Shown: positions 24,863-37,967 of the stretch, in pieces
Layout: each line of letters begins with the position of its first letter
How positions within the stretch are numbered: the first letter of the stretch is position 1
Source of the DNA: Octopus vulgaris
Taxonomy: Eukaryota
DNA: 64,000 bases
NCBI GenBank assembly: GCA_951406725.2
Contig: OX597825.1
Location: 10,230,001 to 10,294,000, forward strand
Reading direction: 5' to 3'
The notes under the pieces: generated by a model
What the model saw: only the letters and a program-made list of their open reading frames with translations
The model's database searches: none
Told to the model about the DNA's origin: nothing
Position numbers and translations under genes: made by a program

Positions 24863-25170
24863 TGTTCGATCACTGTATATCAAAAATGTCCGATCACAGT
24901 ATAGTAAAATGTCCGTTTACTGTATATGTCCGTTCACTGTATATGTCCGTTCACTGTATATGTCCGTTCACTGTATAAGTCCGTTCACTGTATATGTCCG
25001 TTCACTGTATATTAAATGTCCATTCATTGTATATGTCCGTTCACTGTATATCAAAAATGTTCGTTCTCTGTATATTAAAAAATATCCGTTCACTGTATAT
25101 GTCCGTTCACCGTATATTAAAAAATATCCGTTCACTGTATATGTCTGTTCACCGTATATTAAAAATATCC
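24863..25170. repeat. Minisatellite, about 15 copies of a 17-bp unit GTCCGTTCACTGTATAT, some with A-rich extensions
   Basis: Direct inspection. Confidence 0.9.
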
Positions 25171-26614
25171 TACCATATTTTCATAATTTAGTATTATAAA
25201 GAATTATATATAAAATTTAAATATTTTGTGTATAGAAGAAGTATAATCATTTTATTGTCCATAAAGTTTGACAATAAAATCTTATGGGAGTCCTCAAGGG
25301 CCATATGGACCCCCGGCCGAGAACCACTGATTAACATAATCAACTGATCTGCTAGAAATAGCTGCCAAAAGTTTACATCAAATCACTATCTACTATCATA
25401 AAAATAGCAGATATGTCTATCAAGGAAAATGCAATCCTAGATAGTCGAAGCCTTATAAAGACAGAGAAAGATCATAACGAGAATGCTTTTGATCGTTGGC
25501 CTGCTCTATGAGAGCTGTCGTGGGGCTAAACAAAGCCTATCGCTATTATAATGCTTTACACTGTACTGCACAAGACTCAAAAGCCAGTGAGGGAGCTTTT
25601 GTGTTGGTTTTGAAACCTCTAGAAATAGCAGCCACATCTTTTTTCAAGCCATAGCCTGCTGACTGTCGCAAAAGAACATGGAGAAATGTAGAGAATTTCT
25701 TACTGTAGCATCATTTCTTTGTATCTTTGTATCTCAGTTATCAAACACACACATACAGCTATATACATATAGCGTGTGTGAGTGTGAGTGTGTGTGTGTG
25801 TGTATTGGTATGTTTATATGACTCTAGGACAATTCATCGTTGGCCATTTCATCATTAGGTCAATTCGTCATCTGGTCAATTTGTCTTCAACATCGAAATC
25901 GTAATGTTATCAAGTTATATCATTGTTATTCGGATGTCAGTTTGAATTCCTTGTTAAAAATTGCACGCATAACAAAAGGAAATTATTTCTTACTCGAGGG
26001 AATTGAATAGATGTTAAATCGCTGCATCAAATGGTTCTCAAAGTGTTTTGAATTGGTATTGTTCCATATAGACAGCAAACATGAATATGTAATGTGAAAG
26101 TAAAACTAGAAGTTTCGAAACCGATGTCCAAAACAATTCTGTTGTTCATTTATTATGAAAGATACTTTCGCATTTGTCAGGCAAATGACTTCTACAGAAG
26201 TTTTCTTTACCAAACAGCAATATCAGGAATGTTATACACTTTGGCGAAAGTTTTGATGGAAGTTATTCTACAGCATACCTTTCGTTGAAACATATTTACA
26301 CAGCAACAAAAATATTTTCTACGCTTATTGAAGTTAGCATTTCCAATTGTAAATTGTTTCAGCGGCAGAAGGTAATACAAATCACCCAGTTTCGAATATG
26401 AAAACAGAATCAATTTCATTTTGTGGGTCCCCTCGATTAATTATAATCTAGGCCATCTTTCGATCAAGGGGGAATGTTGGCCTGCTGGCTTAACGAGCGG
26501 GGTAGCGTGATCGGAGGCTAAAACGATGCAAAGGGTATTGTGACCAGCGATGTGAAACAACATCTGATAGCCTGGTCGGTCATGTGGTCATGTGATATTT
26601 ATATATACATATCC

Positions 26615-26780
26615 AGGCGCAGGCGTGGCTGTGTGTAGGAAGCTTGCTTCTCAGCCATACGGTTTTGGGTCCAGTCTGGCTACGTAGCACCCAGGGCAAG
26701 TGTCTTCTACTATAGCTTTGGGCAGAACAGATACTTCTAAGTGGATCTCGTAGTCGGAAACTGAAAGAAGCCCGTCGTAC
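26615..26780 (+). mobile_element. SINE family B, 5' half
   Basis: ggcgcaggcgtggctgtgtg...gggcaagtgtcttctactatagc...ggaaactgaaagaagcccgtcgt. Confidence 0.85.
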
Positions 26781-27061
26781 ACACATAAACACACACGCCC
26801 ATAACACGAAAGATTCTTTGAAAGCTGTTATAGTCAGAGTAATATCCAAGATGAACCAGGGCCACTTCATTCGAGCATGTAGATGATTTAGATCTCATAT
26901 AGAAGCAGTTGTTGAAGGTGAAGGTAGCTTTATTGAATAACATCATAGAAAAGAAGGTTTATTTTTTATCCTCACTGCATTTTTTGATAAAGTTAGTGTC
27001 TGTTATAATATATGTTTTTTCATAAACACAAATCTGTCCTCAAATATCTTACGCAGCCTGT

Positions 27062-27143
<82 letters not shown>

Positions 27144-27199
27144 GAAATATGTTACAAAAGAAAATAGAAACTACACGTAGAAATGTAAGGGGAAAGTAA

Positions 27200-27520
27200 G
27201 AATTTCGGATTTGTTCTTTGTGGATAGTGGTTCTTCGACGGAGTGATATTCCTGTTTGTCCAATATAGTGGTTACCACATCCTTAGCATGCCATGGCATA
27301 GATTAGATTTTCCGAGGCACAGGTGAAATTTGATTTGATCTTAAATATTTCCCCTTGTTTGAAGTGGAATTCTGAACCCTCCAAAAGGTGTGGGCATGTT
27401 CCACAGTTAGGACGACCACATTTTTTTACTTTTGGCTCTGTTGTTAGTGGATATACTCTTGCGCTGGTTAATATTCTTTTCGGTGACTTCGGTTGCATTT
27501 TGCTTTTTATAATTTTGTAT
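27200..27520 (-). mobile_element. Penelope-like element, GIY-YIG endonuclease fragment (pseudogenised)
   Basis: KCGRPNCGTCPHL...FTCASENLIYAMAC*GCGNHYIGQTGISLRRRTTIHKEQI: Cys motif plus LIY...YIGQT...R...H. Confidence 0.9.
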
Positions 27521-28656
27521 GAGATGAAAGTCAACTTCGAAGGAATTTTATGGAACTTATTAAATACTGAAATACCTTCATGACTTGGCACATGCATAAA
27601 AACATACATAAATGCACATATAGCCATAATGTGTATTGATATACGTGAGCTTTGGAAATAAACGTTATAAAGTTCCTTTTTGTCGATCTTTTTGTCGCAG
27701 CATCAAATATTCGTTAGAAATAATTTCTAATGCTATCATATGTAATAAATGTGTATACATATATGTTTGTGTGAGTGTGAGTTTATAAACTTATATACAT
27801 AGATATCACACATACACACATTTGTAAGACTGGTTATGAACTAAAAGCAGCTTTCAAGTAAACCGGTGTCATAAGAACGGAATAAATATTATTTTATTTA
27901 AGTGGTTCGTAAGAAACGGCCAAATGTTTCGCACCTTTGAGCTTTTCATATGAATGATAATTTGTGACGGATTGTTGAATAATATAGAAGTGTCAAGAGT
28001 ATATTCTAGAAAAACACTGAGTTTTTCAAAGGCGATTTTTTTTCTTCTATAATTTCAAAGTGAATTAGAATTATTAAAAATTTATTAGGGCGATAAACAA
28101 ATACCAGACAACAGAAAACAGATCATAAAAACCTGAAAAAAGAGAAAAAAATTAAAGAGAGTGGTAATATAGAATTGGAGATGAGGACAGGTGATATAAA
28201 TATCAAAGACGCAGAAAGGTATTTGCTTGTATGTGAATATAGTTCAGAGGAGGAGAGAGACAGAGAATTTTATTTTTTATGAGAGAATGTTTTGAGTGAA
28301 GAGGAAGGCGAAAGAGTAGACACAAAAAAGAGTGTAAACATGTAAGGCTTTGTTCTTCTCGACAAAAGTCTCTCACATTGAAACAATAAATTAATAAAGA
28401 GACAATAAGTGATAAAAAATGTTATATTGTTATAACGAAAATACATCTTTAGTAAAGTCAAAATATTTGGAAAAGAAAAACGAATGCAAAGTAATTTTAT
28501 AATTATGCGCTCACGTACAAAAAATGTAAATGCAAGCATATGCATACACTCGCATAATAAACATTAAACATAGACATTCACTTACAGGTCGTATGAGAAT
28601 GTCAGCATATAAACATTTGCATAAATATGTCTATTTTTCACTCATTTTCCTCTGTA

Positions 28657-28658
<2 letters not shown>

Positions 28659-28730
<72 letters not shown>
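28659..28730. repeat. (AAT)n microsatellite
   Basis: Direct inspection. Confidence 0.95.
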
Positions 28731-28732
<2 letters not shown>

Positions 28733-29753
28733 TTTTGGACGTTAACCCTGGAGTATACACTATTAAACTCATTCTTGGGTCCAGGCAATCGGACAGATGA
28801 TAATCCAGAGATTGTTTGTTATATCATACACTTGCTTGAAAATCCGCGAAAATCCGTCGTGTTTCTTCGATTATACCCAAGCAGAAGGGAGTGAGAAAGT
28901 TCTTTATTTCATTTACAGTTGTTTCATCGAAGATTCTTCTGTTGAGCTTTGCCATATTATGCAATAATATATACAACCAGAGATACATGAAGTGTCATAT
29001 GCAAAAGATCGAAAATTTATTTATTTTCTCAAATAATTTTTATGCATGATGTTGATGATTTTATGCATGTGTCAACGGTTGCATACAGTATTGCATAATA
29101 GAATAATGCACATGAGATCAATCTGGGATGGAAGAATTGTAAATCAATGAAATAAAAGGAATTGCTCGCTCCATTATATATATATAGTTGAAATTTACAG
29201 AAAAACAAAAGACGAAGACAGGTGTATAAAGAACAAGCAGGTGTATTAGTTTGATGCTCGGGAAGGTGAGACAGTCTTTTACGTTTCGAACCTACGCTCT
29301 TCAACAGAAAGGAACACGAAAAAATAAACAGAGACATGGATACTAGATGTGTCGAAACAATTGTTGTGATTAATGATAAATTCTCGTATATTCGTCTTTC
29401 ATTTGCCATATGCATAGCGGTCACTTTCACAGTGATCGTGCTTTACCAGTAAGCTACCAGGTGCAAACCATTCGTTTTATTGTCCATTATACACACATTA
29501 TACGTTGCTATTATGTCAAACTGTCGTATGTCCAAATTTGGCCAAATACGTTTTTTTTCTTTTCAGTATTTATTTTTGCTTACAACAGCCTGTTCTTTTG
29601 GTCAGACTATCGTATCTCCAGCTGCTTCAGATGGCAAAATATCAAAGATTGTCAAAGTGTAGTACAACAGCTTTGCTATGGAATGGTGAAACTATTTTTT
29701 CGGTTTCTGAAAATGGAACGTTTTGGACTTACAATACTTTTGCATAACAACAA

Positions 29754-29805
<52 letters not shown>

Positions 29806-29807
<2 letters not shown>

Positions 29808-30000
29808 GTAAAAGTAATATGTGACAATTATTCGGTAGCCATAATAAAACTCCGAGTTTCGGAGGCCGAGGTGGAAATCCACGCCGCCATCTCTTCAGTT
29901 ATCTGGCCAATTGTCGCATATTACTTTTTCAGATAAATTCCGCTAATTACATAATATCGAGGTCTCTTTCATTCTTTTGTTGTCTTACCATTTTTATCAA
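29806..30000 (-). mobile_element. Penelope-like terminal-repeat fragment with hammerhead motif; same family at 47500-47935
   Basis: Minus strand ataa-CTGAAGA-[stem II]-GAAA-ctcggag-TT-ttat; flanked by (TA)n. Confidence 0.65.
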
Positions 30001-30023
30001 TATATATATATATTGAAAAAACT

Positions 30024-30200
30024 GGAGTCAACAAGAAGAAGAACGGTTGGACATTTATTTTCAGTCGCTACAATTGTTTCTCGTAATGCAGGGAAACGGT
30101 TGTACAAGCAAGTACTTGCACGCCTAGAGAACGACATTGCGCAGAAACAATTGTAGTGATTGACAATAAATGTCCAACCATGCTCCTTCTTGTTAACTCC
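30024..30200. repeat. Imperfect fold-back element with arms of about 65 bp
   Basis: ggagtcaacaagaagaagaacggttggacatttatt...ctacaattgtttct / agaaacaattgtag...aataaatgtccaaccatgctccttcttgttaactcc. Confidence 0.8.
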
Positions 30201-30782
30201 AAACACTTGTTTATATATTTGCCTTTTGGTTTTTTACTAACTAGCCACCTATATTATTATTATTATTATTAATAATAATAATAATAATGATAATAATAAT
30301 AATAACAACAACAATAATAATAATAATATCTTCATTATTTATAATTATACACTACTACTGTTTGAATTTTGGCGCTAGCCTCTCAACAGTTTTAACAAGC
30401 TTGTATGAGGCGAATTACCGTTTAGCCCCAGGCAGCGAGACCCATTGAGGAGGACTAACAGAATTATCTCAGAGTTCGAAATCACGTGATATGGGTATAT
30501 TTGCAATTTCATTTGCGATTGTCCCTCGCTTTGGTATGTTGGCTATTTTTCTCGCTCCCCCGATTTCGTCAGCTTGTTAACTTTCAGTGTTTGTGGCTAA
30601 TTGAGTGGCATTTGACTCCTATTTCTAGCGAAATTGGTGCTATCTACTACCCTTGTTTATTATTTGACTTTTTTTTGCTAGCTAGCCACATATGTTATCA
30701 TTACTTAGTAATAATAATATCTTCGATAGAGTGGTTGTATACTGTCACCCAATAATATCTTCATTATTTATAAATGTGTGTG

Positions 30783-31434
<652 letters not shown>

Positions 31435-33497
31435 TGTTTCTTTATTAGCCACACAGGGCTGCACACAGATAGAACAAATTACAAGGTAGAGCTTTTCTTT
31501 TGAAGGTTTAAAAAAAAAAAAAAGGGGGAGTTTCGATCAAAAGGGATCGTAAAAGGAGAGAAAGAGGACAAAAAAGAGGGGTTAAAAAAAAGGGGGAGAG
31601 GAAAAAAAAATTGATCAATAGGGATCGTTATCACAGAAATGTCAATATGAAGTGTAAAGGGGAAGACAGGTGAGGTTTACCCGTGGAAAGAAAAGCCTAC
31701 GGAAAAGACCACGGTAACCTCGGTCAATGGAGTCACATGTTATATTTCTTTTTTTTTTTTTTTGCGAATAAGCAACTCTCTGTTTTCAATTTCTGGGTTC
31801 ATAGGATCATGCTCAAGGTGGCTTCGTCATTCATACGTGCCATTCTTGCTACATTCACCCATCTTTTTTTAAACATTCGCTAGACAAAACTTGCCTCTCT
31901 ACTCTCACTTTCCTTTTCAAGCGGTACTTGAAGAAGTTGATGAGAGATTGACCAGAGAGGAAAGTGTTTGTCTCCAATCCTTTCAGAAGCGTCCACCAGA
32001 TACATTCTTTCGCCATAGCCACAAGGATGATGAAAATAGCTCTTCCTTCCCGTTTGAAGGAAGGAGGCGTGACAATATTGACGATAGACTCAGCTGATAA
32101 ACCGACTCGTCCCACACGTGACAGCAGTTGTTCGACATAAGCCCACAGGTCGGAAATTGTTGGACACTGCACGAGTGCGTGCAGAACGGTTTCGTCGCTC
32201 TGACCGCATCTCGGGCAGGTCGGCCCCGTGTTTCTCGAGCCGTGTCTGTAGAGCTTATCCCGAACGGGTAGCGCTTCTCGGTAGCACTGCCAGGCCAGGG
32301 ATCTCTGGAAGTTGTCCATGGGCCCTGGCCCGAAAGTCGTCCTGAACAGGCGGGTCAGGTACTCCTCGTCGACGTCCAGGTTCGCCCCGAGCTCGTCGTC
32401 GTACCTCCCCTCCACTAAACCCCTATAGAATGCTTTGGTTGTGTTGAAGTCACTCAAGGTCGACCCAGGACGGCAGAGTTGCTTGAGAGCAACGCGACAC
32501 TCGCGGTGCCATTCGCCCTTCCTCGGCCTCTTTTTGATCCATGACTGCAGTTCGGTCATGGAGACGAGCTGCGGGAAAGCGTGCCTCACAAACGGCGACC
32601 ACACCTGTTCACCGTCGTCTACATAGAGCCAGAGATGTCGCAGTCTCAGCGCGTGTCTGCGCATCATCAACCACGGCATGCCCAGCCCTCCTTTTAACGG
32701 GTGTTGACAGCAAATGGATCGCCTGACCATCGGGACGCATCCTTTCCACAAGAAGCGAAAGAGAATGCGTTGTAGTTTGGTGATGGTAGGGTCGGGACAA
32801 GGTACGACGAACAGGCGGTAGTAGATGACGGACGCGATGTACGTGTTCGCCACCTCCGCCCGACCTTTTAGGGACAGTTTCCTCTCGGCCCATTGCCGGG
32901 CGAGAGTGACCACCCTACTCGTTATCTCGTTCCAGTTCTTCTCCACTTGGAGGTCCGGACCAAACCAGACCCCGAGCAACTCAACCGGGCCGTCGGTCCA
33001 GCGTCCCACGACGGAGGCGCTGGTGGACGGCATGGGCTTGCTTCTCCAGGTGCCTAGTCGCAAGCCCACTGACTTTTCCCGGTTGATTTTCGCTCCTGTC
33101 ACCGCTTCGTAGTTTTTCAGTGTCTCGCCGACCTGCTTGATGTGCTCGTGGCTAGACACTATGACGGTGACATCGTCCGCGTATGCAGACACGCTCGTCC
33201 CGCATCCCAGTTCTCGCGGGATGCCTCTCAAGGTTGCCAGCTTCCGCAATAATGGCTCGAGAGTCAATACGTATAGAAGCGACGAGAGGGGGCATCCCTG
33301 ACGGACCGAACGTGCGATGTCGAAGGGTCTCGATAGATGTCCATTCACGCGAATTACAGAACGGATGCCTCTGTACAAAGCGGCTATCCAGCCGCGGAAG
33401 ACGGGACCGAAGCCAGCCGCTCCGAGGACCGCCTCCAAGTATCGATGGTCCACCCTATCGAAAGCTTTCGATTGATCCAAATTGATCAGCGCCCCAC
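31435..33497 (-). mobile_element. 5'-truncated Tx1-clade (L1 superfamily) LINE, young copy, inside (GATA)n
   Basis: RT ORF plus a 3' UTR of about 360 bp ending AATAAAGAAACA directly into (TATC)n; GC- and CpG-rich relative to flanks. Confidence 0.92.
31855..33497 (-). CDS. Tx1-type ORF2 fragment: reverse transcriptase plus C-terminal CCHC zinc knuckle (5'-truncated, no native start)
   Basis: LDQSKAFDRVDH, VRQGCPLS, YADD, GAKINREKS, LLGV, LSLKGR, GGLGMP, CPRCGQSDETVLHALVQC; open for about 545 codons; probable 1-nt indel in an A7 run near the end (other frame gives RWVNVARMARMNDEATLSMIL*, stop at 31799). Confidence 0.9.
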
Positions 33498-33519
33498 ATA
33501 GATAGATAGATAGATAGGC

Positions 33520-33600
<81 letters not shown>

Positions 33601-33601
33601 T
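33498..33601. repeat. (GATA)n array on the 5' side of the Tx1 insertion
   Basis: Direct inspection. Confidence 0.95.
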
Positions 33602-34160
33602 ACATACATATATACAATCACGTAGGACTGCACATTCAAATATACATGTGCATACATACACACACACGTGATACATATATGTATGTGTGTATGTGTGTGG
33701 GTGGGCGTGCGTATGTGTGTGGGTGGGCGTGCGTATGTGTGTGGGTGCGTGCGCGCTTTTGTGTATGTGTGTATGTGTGTTACTGGGAAGCAGGTAAGAA
33801 GGAAAATAATTTAGGATAAGCGAAAATAAACTTCATTAAACCGCATAAAACATGCATGGTATAGTTGCAAAATGTAGCAGACCACGTAAAATGGTTCAGT
33901 GAGGGGGAAAAATTGTAATTAAAAATGTTTGCATACTCTAAATTGCGAAAGAAACTAAAAATACACAAGGAAGCGAAGAAAGTAACAGAAAGCTCTGTAG
34001 ATTTGCGGAACAGCTCGCTATAGTTGTCTGAAGAATAGAAATTAGACGGTGAAATACTTACAAAGAGTGGCCGCCAGTTGAAAGTCTACTGTTGGCCGTA
34101 GAAGGAAAGAATCTCGGGAAAGTTAGGAGTAATTTGTCTTCTTGTTGTTGGTAATCAAAA

Positions 34161-34535
34161 CCCCGTCGGTTACGACGACGACGGTTCCAGTCGATCCGAT
34201 CAACGGAACAGCCTGCTCGTGAAATTAACGTGCAAGTGGCCGAGAACTCCACAGACACGTGTGCCCTTAACGTAGTTCTCGGTGAGATTCAGCGTGACTC
34301 AGAGTGTGACAAAGCTGGCCCTTTTATATACAGGTACAACGGAAACAGGAAGAAAAAGTGAGAGAAAGTTGTGGGGAAAGAGTACAGCAGGGTTCACTAC
34401 CACCCCTGCTGGAGTCTCGTGGAGCTTCAGGAGTTTTCGCTCAATAAACACACACAACGCCCGGTCTGGGAATCGAAACCGCTATCCTAAGTCTGCGAGT
34501 CCGCTACCCTATAACCATTGGGCCATTGCGCCTCC
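34161..34535 (-). mobile_element. SINE family C (tRNA-derived), full length
   Basis: Minus strand ggaggcgcaatggcccaatggtta...ggtttcgattccc (A and B boxes)...cgtcgtcgtaaccgacgg; same family at 59333-59700. Confidence 0.9.
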
Positions 34536-35364
34536 ACAATGTGTCTTGTAGTAAAGTTTAAACAGACATATTAGTGAAACAGAATGGATTAAGGAGGTGT
34601 AAATATGTAGAAGAAATGAGGGATGAAATGTACAGCAGCTTCTAGCGAGCCAGTTAGGTTTTAAAAGATACACGTAATACCCTAATGCTATCCTAAGATG
34701 ACAAGGCGTCCGCACGTTTCCGCCAGCTCGCCGCCCCTGTGAGTGTAGAATATATTATGGCAATCTTTGCATGAAGCGTGATGAGGCCTGCTGTTGTCAA
34801 AGGCTCGATATATCAAAGAGCTACGGATATACTTGATGAAACTGAGAGCTACTCCTTTCAAATGAGGTTCATGTTGCCGACATGGGAACAGAATACTTCT
34901 CGAAATGAATTTCTCTTAATAATTCAAACAGTTGTCATTGCTAAATAGTAGGATTCTGATTTCGAAGACCTGTCTCTTTGGCAATTTATACAATGAAAGT
35001 CTAGTAAAATGCTCTCAGATTTCAGTAAAAAATGCTTGATATTGCATTTACAATTGTTTTAGTGATCGGAGACACAATGGCTGCCTAGAAGTGAAACGAT
35101 TATCAGTAAATATTTCATCTGCAAAGCTTTATCGACTTTTAGAGGCTGATTACGAAACTAATCACCTGCAATTAATATAGGTTGGTTGTCTCGTGAATTG
35201 GTTATCTCCCTGCCGACATTACTTTTTCGCTTTACCTACTAATTATCATGTAATTATCATGTAATTATCATGTAATTTACCATCTAATTATCATGTCACA
35301 AACTCCTCCTACCCCCAAAAGACTACCCTAATCCTAACCCCAAAGACACGAATCCAAGTAGGTC

Positions 35365-35408
35365 ACAGTCTGATGAAGGCGAAAACGCTGAAACTGCGAA
35401 GTCACTAT
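35365..35408 (+). ncRNA. Type I hammerhead ribozyme motif, probably within a Penelope-like terminal repeat (about 35300-35490)
   Basis: acagu-CUGAUGA-a-GGCG-aaaa-CGCU-GAAA-CU-gcga-AG-UC-acuau: intact core, stem II, stem III with GCGA loop, GUC cleavage triplet, short stem I. Confidence 0.7.
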
Positions 35409-35521
35409 CAACTCTTCCCCTGTGAGAATGTAAGAAACGTGCTCTACTAAGAAATATGGAATAGTCATCGGTTTCATGTTAAATTCTTTTTTACATAGCT
35501 TAACATAAAAGGAAGCAGTAA

Positions 35522-35530
35522 TGTGTGTGT

Positions 35531-35607
<77 letters not shown>
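35522..35607. repeat. (GT)n microsatellite
   Basis: Direct inspection. Confidence 0.95.
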
Positions 35608-35608
<1 letters not shown>

Positions 35609-35770
35609 TTTTAGAAAATTACATCGGAAAAGGAAAGAAGCTCAGAGAATCAAGGAAATTGAGCAGGGAAATTATGTAGCAATAAAATCGTGATTTAGTT
35701 TCGTTGCACTAATGAGCTCAACGAAAGGAGAATCGGTCGACACCTGAGGGAAAAATGTAAAAGAGCAAGC

Positions 35771-36111
35771 GAAAGAAGAAGAAGAAGAAGAAGAAGAAGA
35801 AGAAGAAGAAGAAGAAGAAGAGGGGAGGAGGAGAAGGAGAAGAAGAAGAAGAAGTAGAAGAAGAAGAAGAGGAGGAGGAGAAGGAGAAGAAGAAGAAGAA
35901 GAAGAAGAAGAAGAAGAAGAAGAAGAAGAAGGAGAAGAAGGAGAAGAAGGAGAAGAAGAAGAAGAAGAAGAAGAAGAAAAGAAGAGGGGAGGAGGAGGAG
36001 AAGAAGAAGAAGAAGAAAAGAAGAGGGGGAGGAGGAGGAGGAGAAGAAGAAGAAGAAGAAGAAGAAGAAGAAGAAGAAGAAGAAGAAGAAGAAGAAGAAG
36101 AAGAAGAAGAA

Positions 36112-36143
<32 letters not shown>

Positions 36144-36332
36144 TTGGAATATAGAGAAAGATGGTGGTGCAAACAAAGACGAAAAATGTGAGTTAATGTT
36201 TTACGACAAGATTAGAAGCATGTTTAATGAGTTGTAATCAAGGAAGCAAATGAATAAACAACAAGAAGAAGAAGAAGAAGAAGAAGAAGAAGAAGAAGAA
36301 GAAGAAGAAGAAGAAGAAGAAGAAGAAGAAGG
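35771..36332. repeat. (GAA)n/(GGA)n polypurine arrays (35771-36141 and 36263-36332)
   Basis: Direct inspection. Confidence 0.95.
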
Positions 36333-36514
36333 AAAAAAAACGAAAAGGGAAAATAAAGGAAAACGAGTGAAAAAGACGGAAGGAAAAAACGGAGACTGAA
36401 TCCAGAAGTACAAAGTAAAGAGAGAAAAGGAAGATGGGAGGGAGGAGATGGAGAGAGAAAGGGGGAGAGAGAGAGAGAGAATGTGATGGTAATAATAGGA
36501 TATTACAACAGTTG

Positions 36515-36693
36515 ATACATGCATGTATATACATATACACACATATACATACATACATATACATATATACATATACATATATACATATACATGCATATAC
36601 ATACATACAGACAGACAGACATAACATAATATACATACATACATGCATATACATACATTCATACATACATACATGCATGCATATACATACATA

Positions 36694-36725
<32 letters not shown>

Positions 36726-37243
36726 CATACATACATGCATATACATACATACACATACATACGTACGTACGTACATACATACATACATATACATACATAC
36801 ATGCATATACATACATACATTACATACATACATACATTCATACATGCATACATATACATACATACATATACATACATGCATACATACATATACATACATG
36901 CATACATACATACATGCATATACATATTTACACATACATATGTACGTTCGTACATACATATACATACATACATACATACAAATACATACATACATACATA
37001 CATGCATATACATACATACATACATATACATACATACATACATACATGCATATACATACATACATACATACATACATATACATACATGCATACATATACA
37101 TACATACATGCATACATACATACATACATGCATACATACATACACATACACATACACACATACATGCATACATATACATACATATATACATACATACATA
37201 CACATACATAGCACAATATACATACATATGTACGTATGTACGT
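36515..37243. repeat. (CATA)n compound microsatellite
   Basis: Direct inspection. Confidence 0.95.
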
Positions 37244-37715
37244 AGATAAAACGCATGTTACAAATACTGTAAGCAGAACAGTAAAAATAAACACGTTTTG
37301 TTTCTAAAGTTCGTTAACCTGTTTCATTGCTCTTCTTCTAAGACTAGACAATTCTGATCAAGCAGATCTATGTTCAAAATACATTTCAGCCTTGGCCATC
37401 AAATTTTTTTTCTAATTCAGATTCAGTCTAATATCATTACTTACCCAGTGAAACCTTTTGTTTAGTACGGTAGCATATGTTTTTGGAGAAATTTAGCTGC
37501 TAAATCTGACATATTTGAACTGCTTGCAATTCACATAGAGCTGTGAATTTTGGTTTTCTGTGGAATGTGATAGACCATACTGTAGAAGTTGGCTTGAATC
37601 AACTATATATCTGTTTCTGATGGGCCAAGAATAAAGCACATGTGATACCATGAGTAGTTAGCATAAACTTCAAACTGTTAATATAATAAAAACAAAAAAA
37701 TATATATATGTATAT

Positions 37716-37945
37716 ATTTCTTTACTACCCACAAGGGGCTAAACACAGAGGGGACAAACAAGGACAGACAAAGGGATTAAGTCGATTATATCGACCCCAG
37801 TGCGTAACTGGTACTTAATTTATCTACCCCGAAAGGATGAAAGGCAAAGTCGACCTCGGCGGAATTTGAACTCAGAATGTAACGGCAGACGAAATACGGC
37901 TACGCATTTCGCCCGGCATGCTAACGTGTCTGCCAGCTCGCCGCC
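37716..37945 (-). mobile_element. SINE family A, full length
   Basis: Antisense of the family consensus from tatttctttactaccc to ctgccagctcgccgcc. Confidence 0.93.
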
Positions 37946-37967
37946 TATTATATGTATATATATATGT

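Noticed and set aside
24863-25170. CRISPR-like repeat array
   Set aside because: Units are adjacent or separated only by short A-rich extensions, with no unique spacers, no cas genes and a eukaryotic context
33498-33663. N-terminal 55 aa of the 602-aa ORF
   Set aside because: Read-through of (TATC)n flank (YLSI repeats); not part of the LINE protein
36201-37294. ORFs of 190-350 aa rich in YVCM or HTYI
   Set aside because: Translations of (CATA)n and (GAA)n microsatellites; the same applies to ORFs at 4345-4835, 50856-51406, 52944-53471 and 56433-57026
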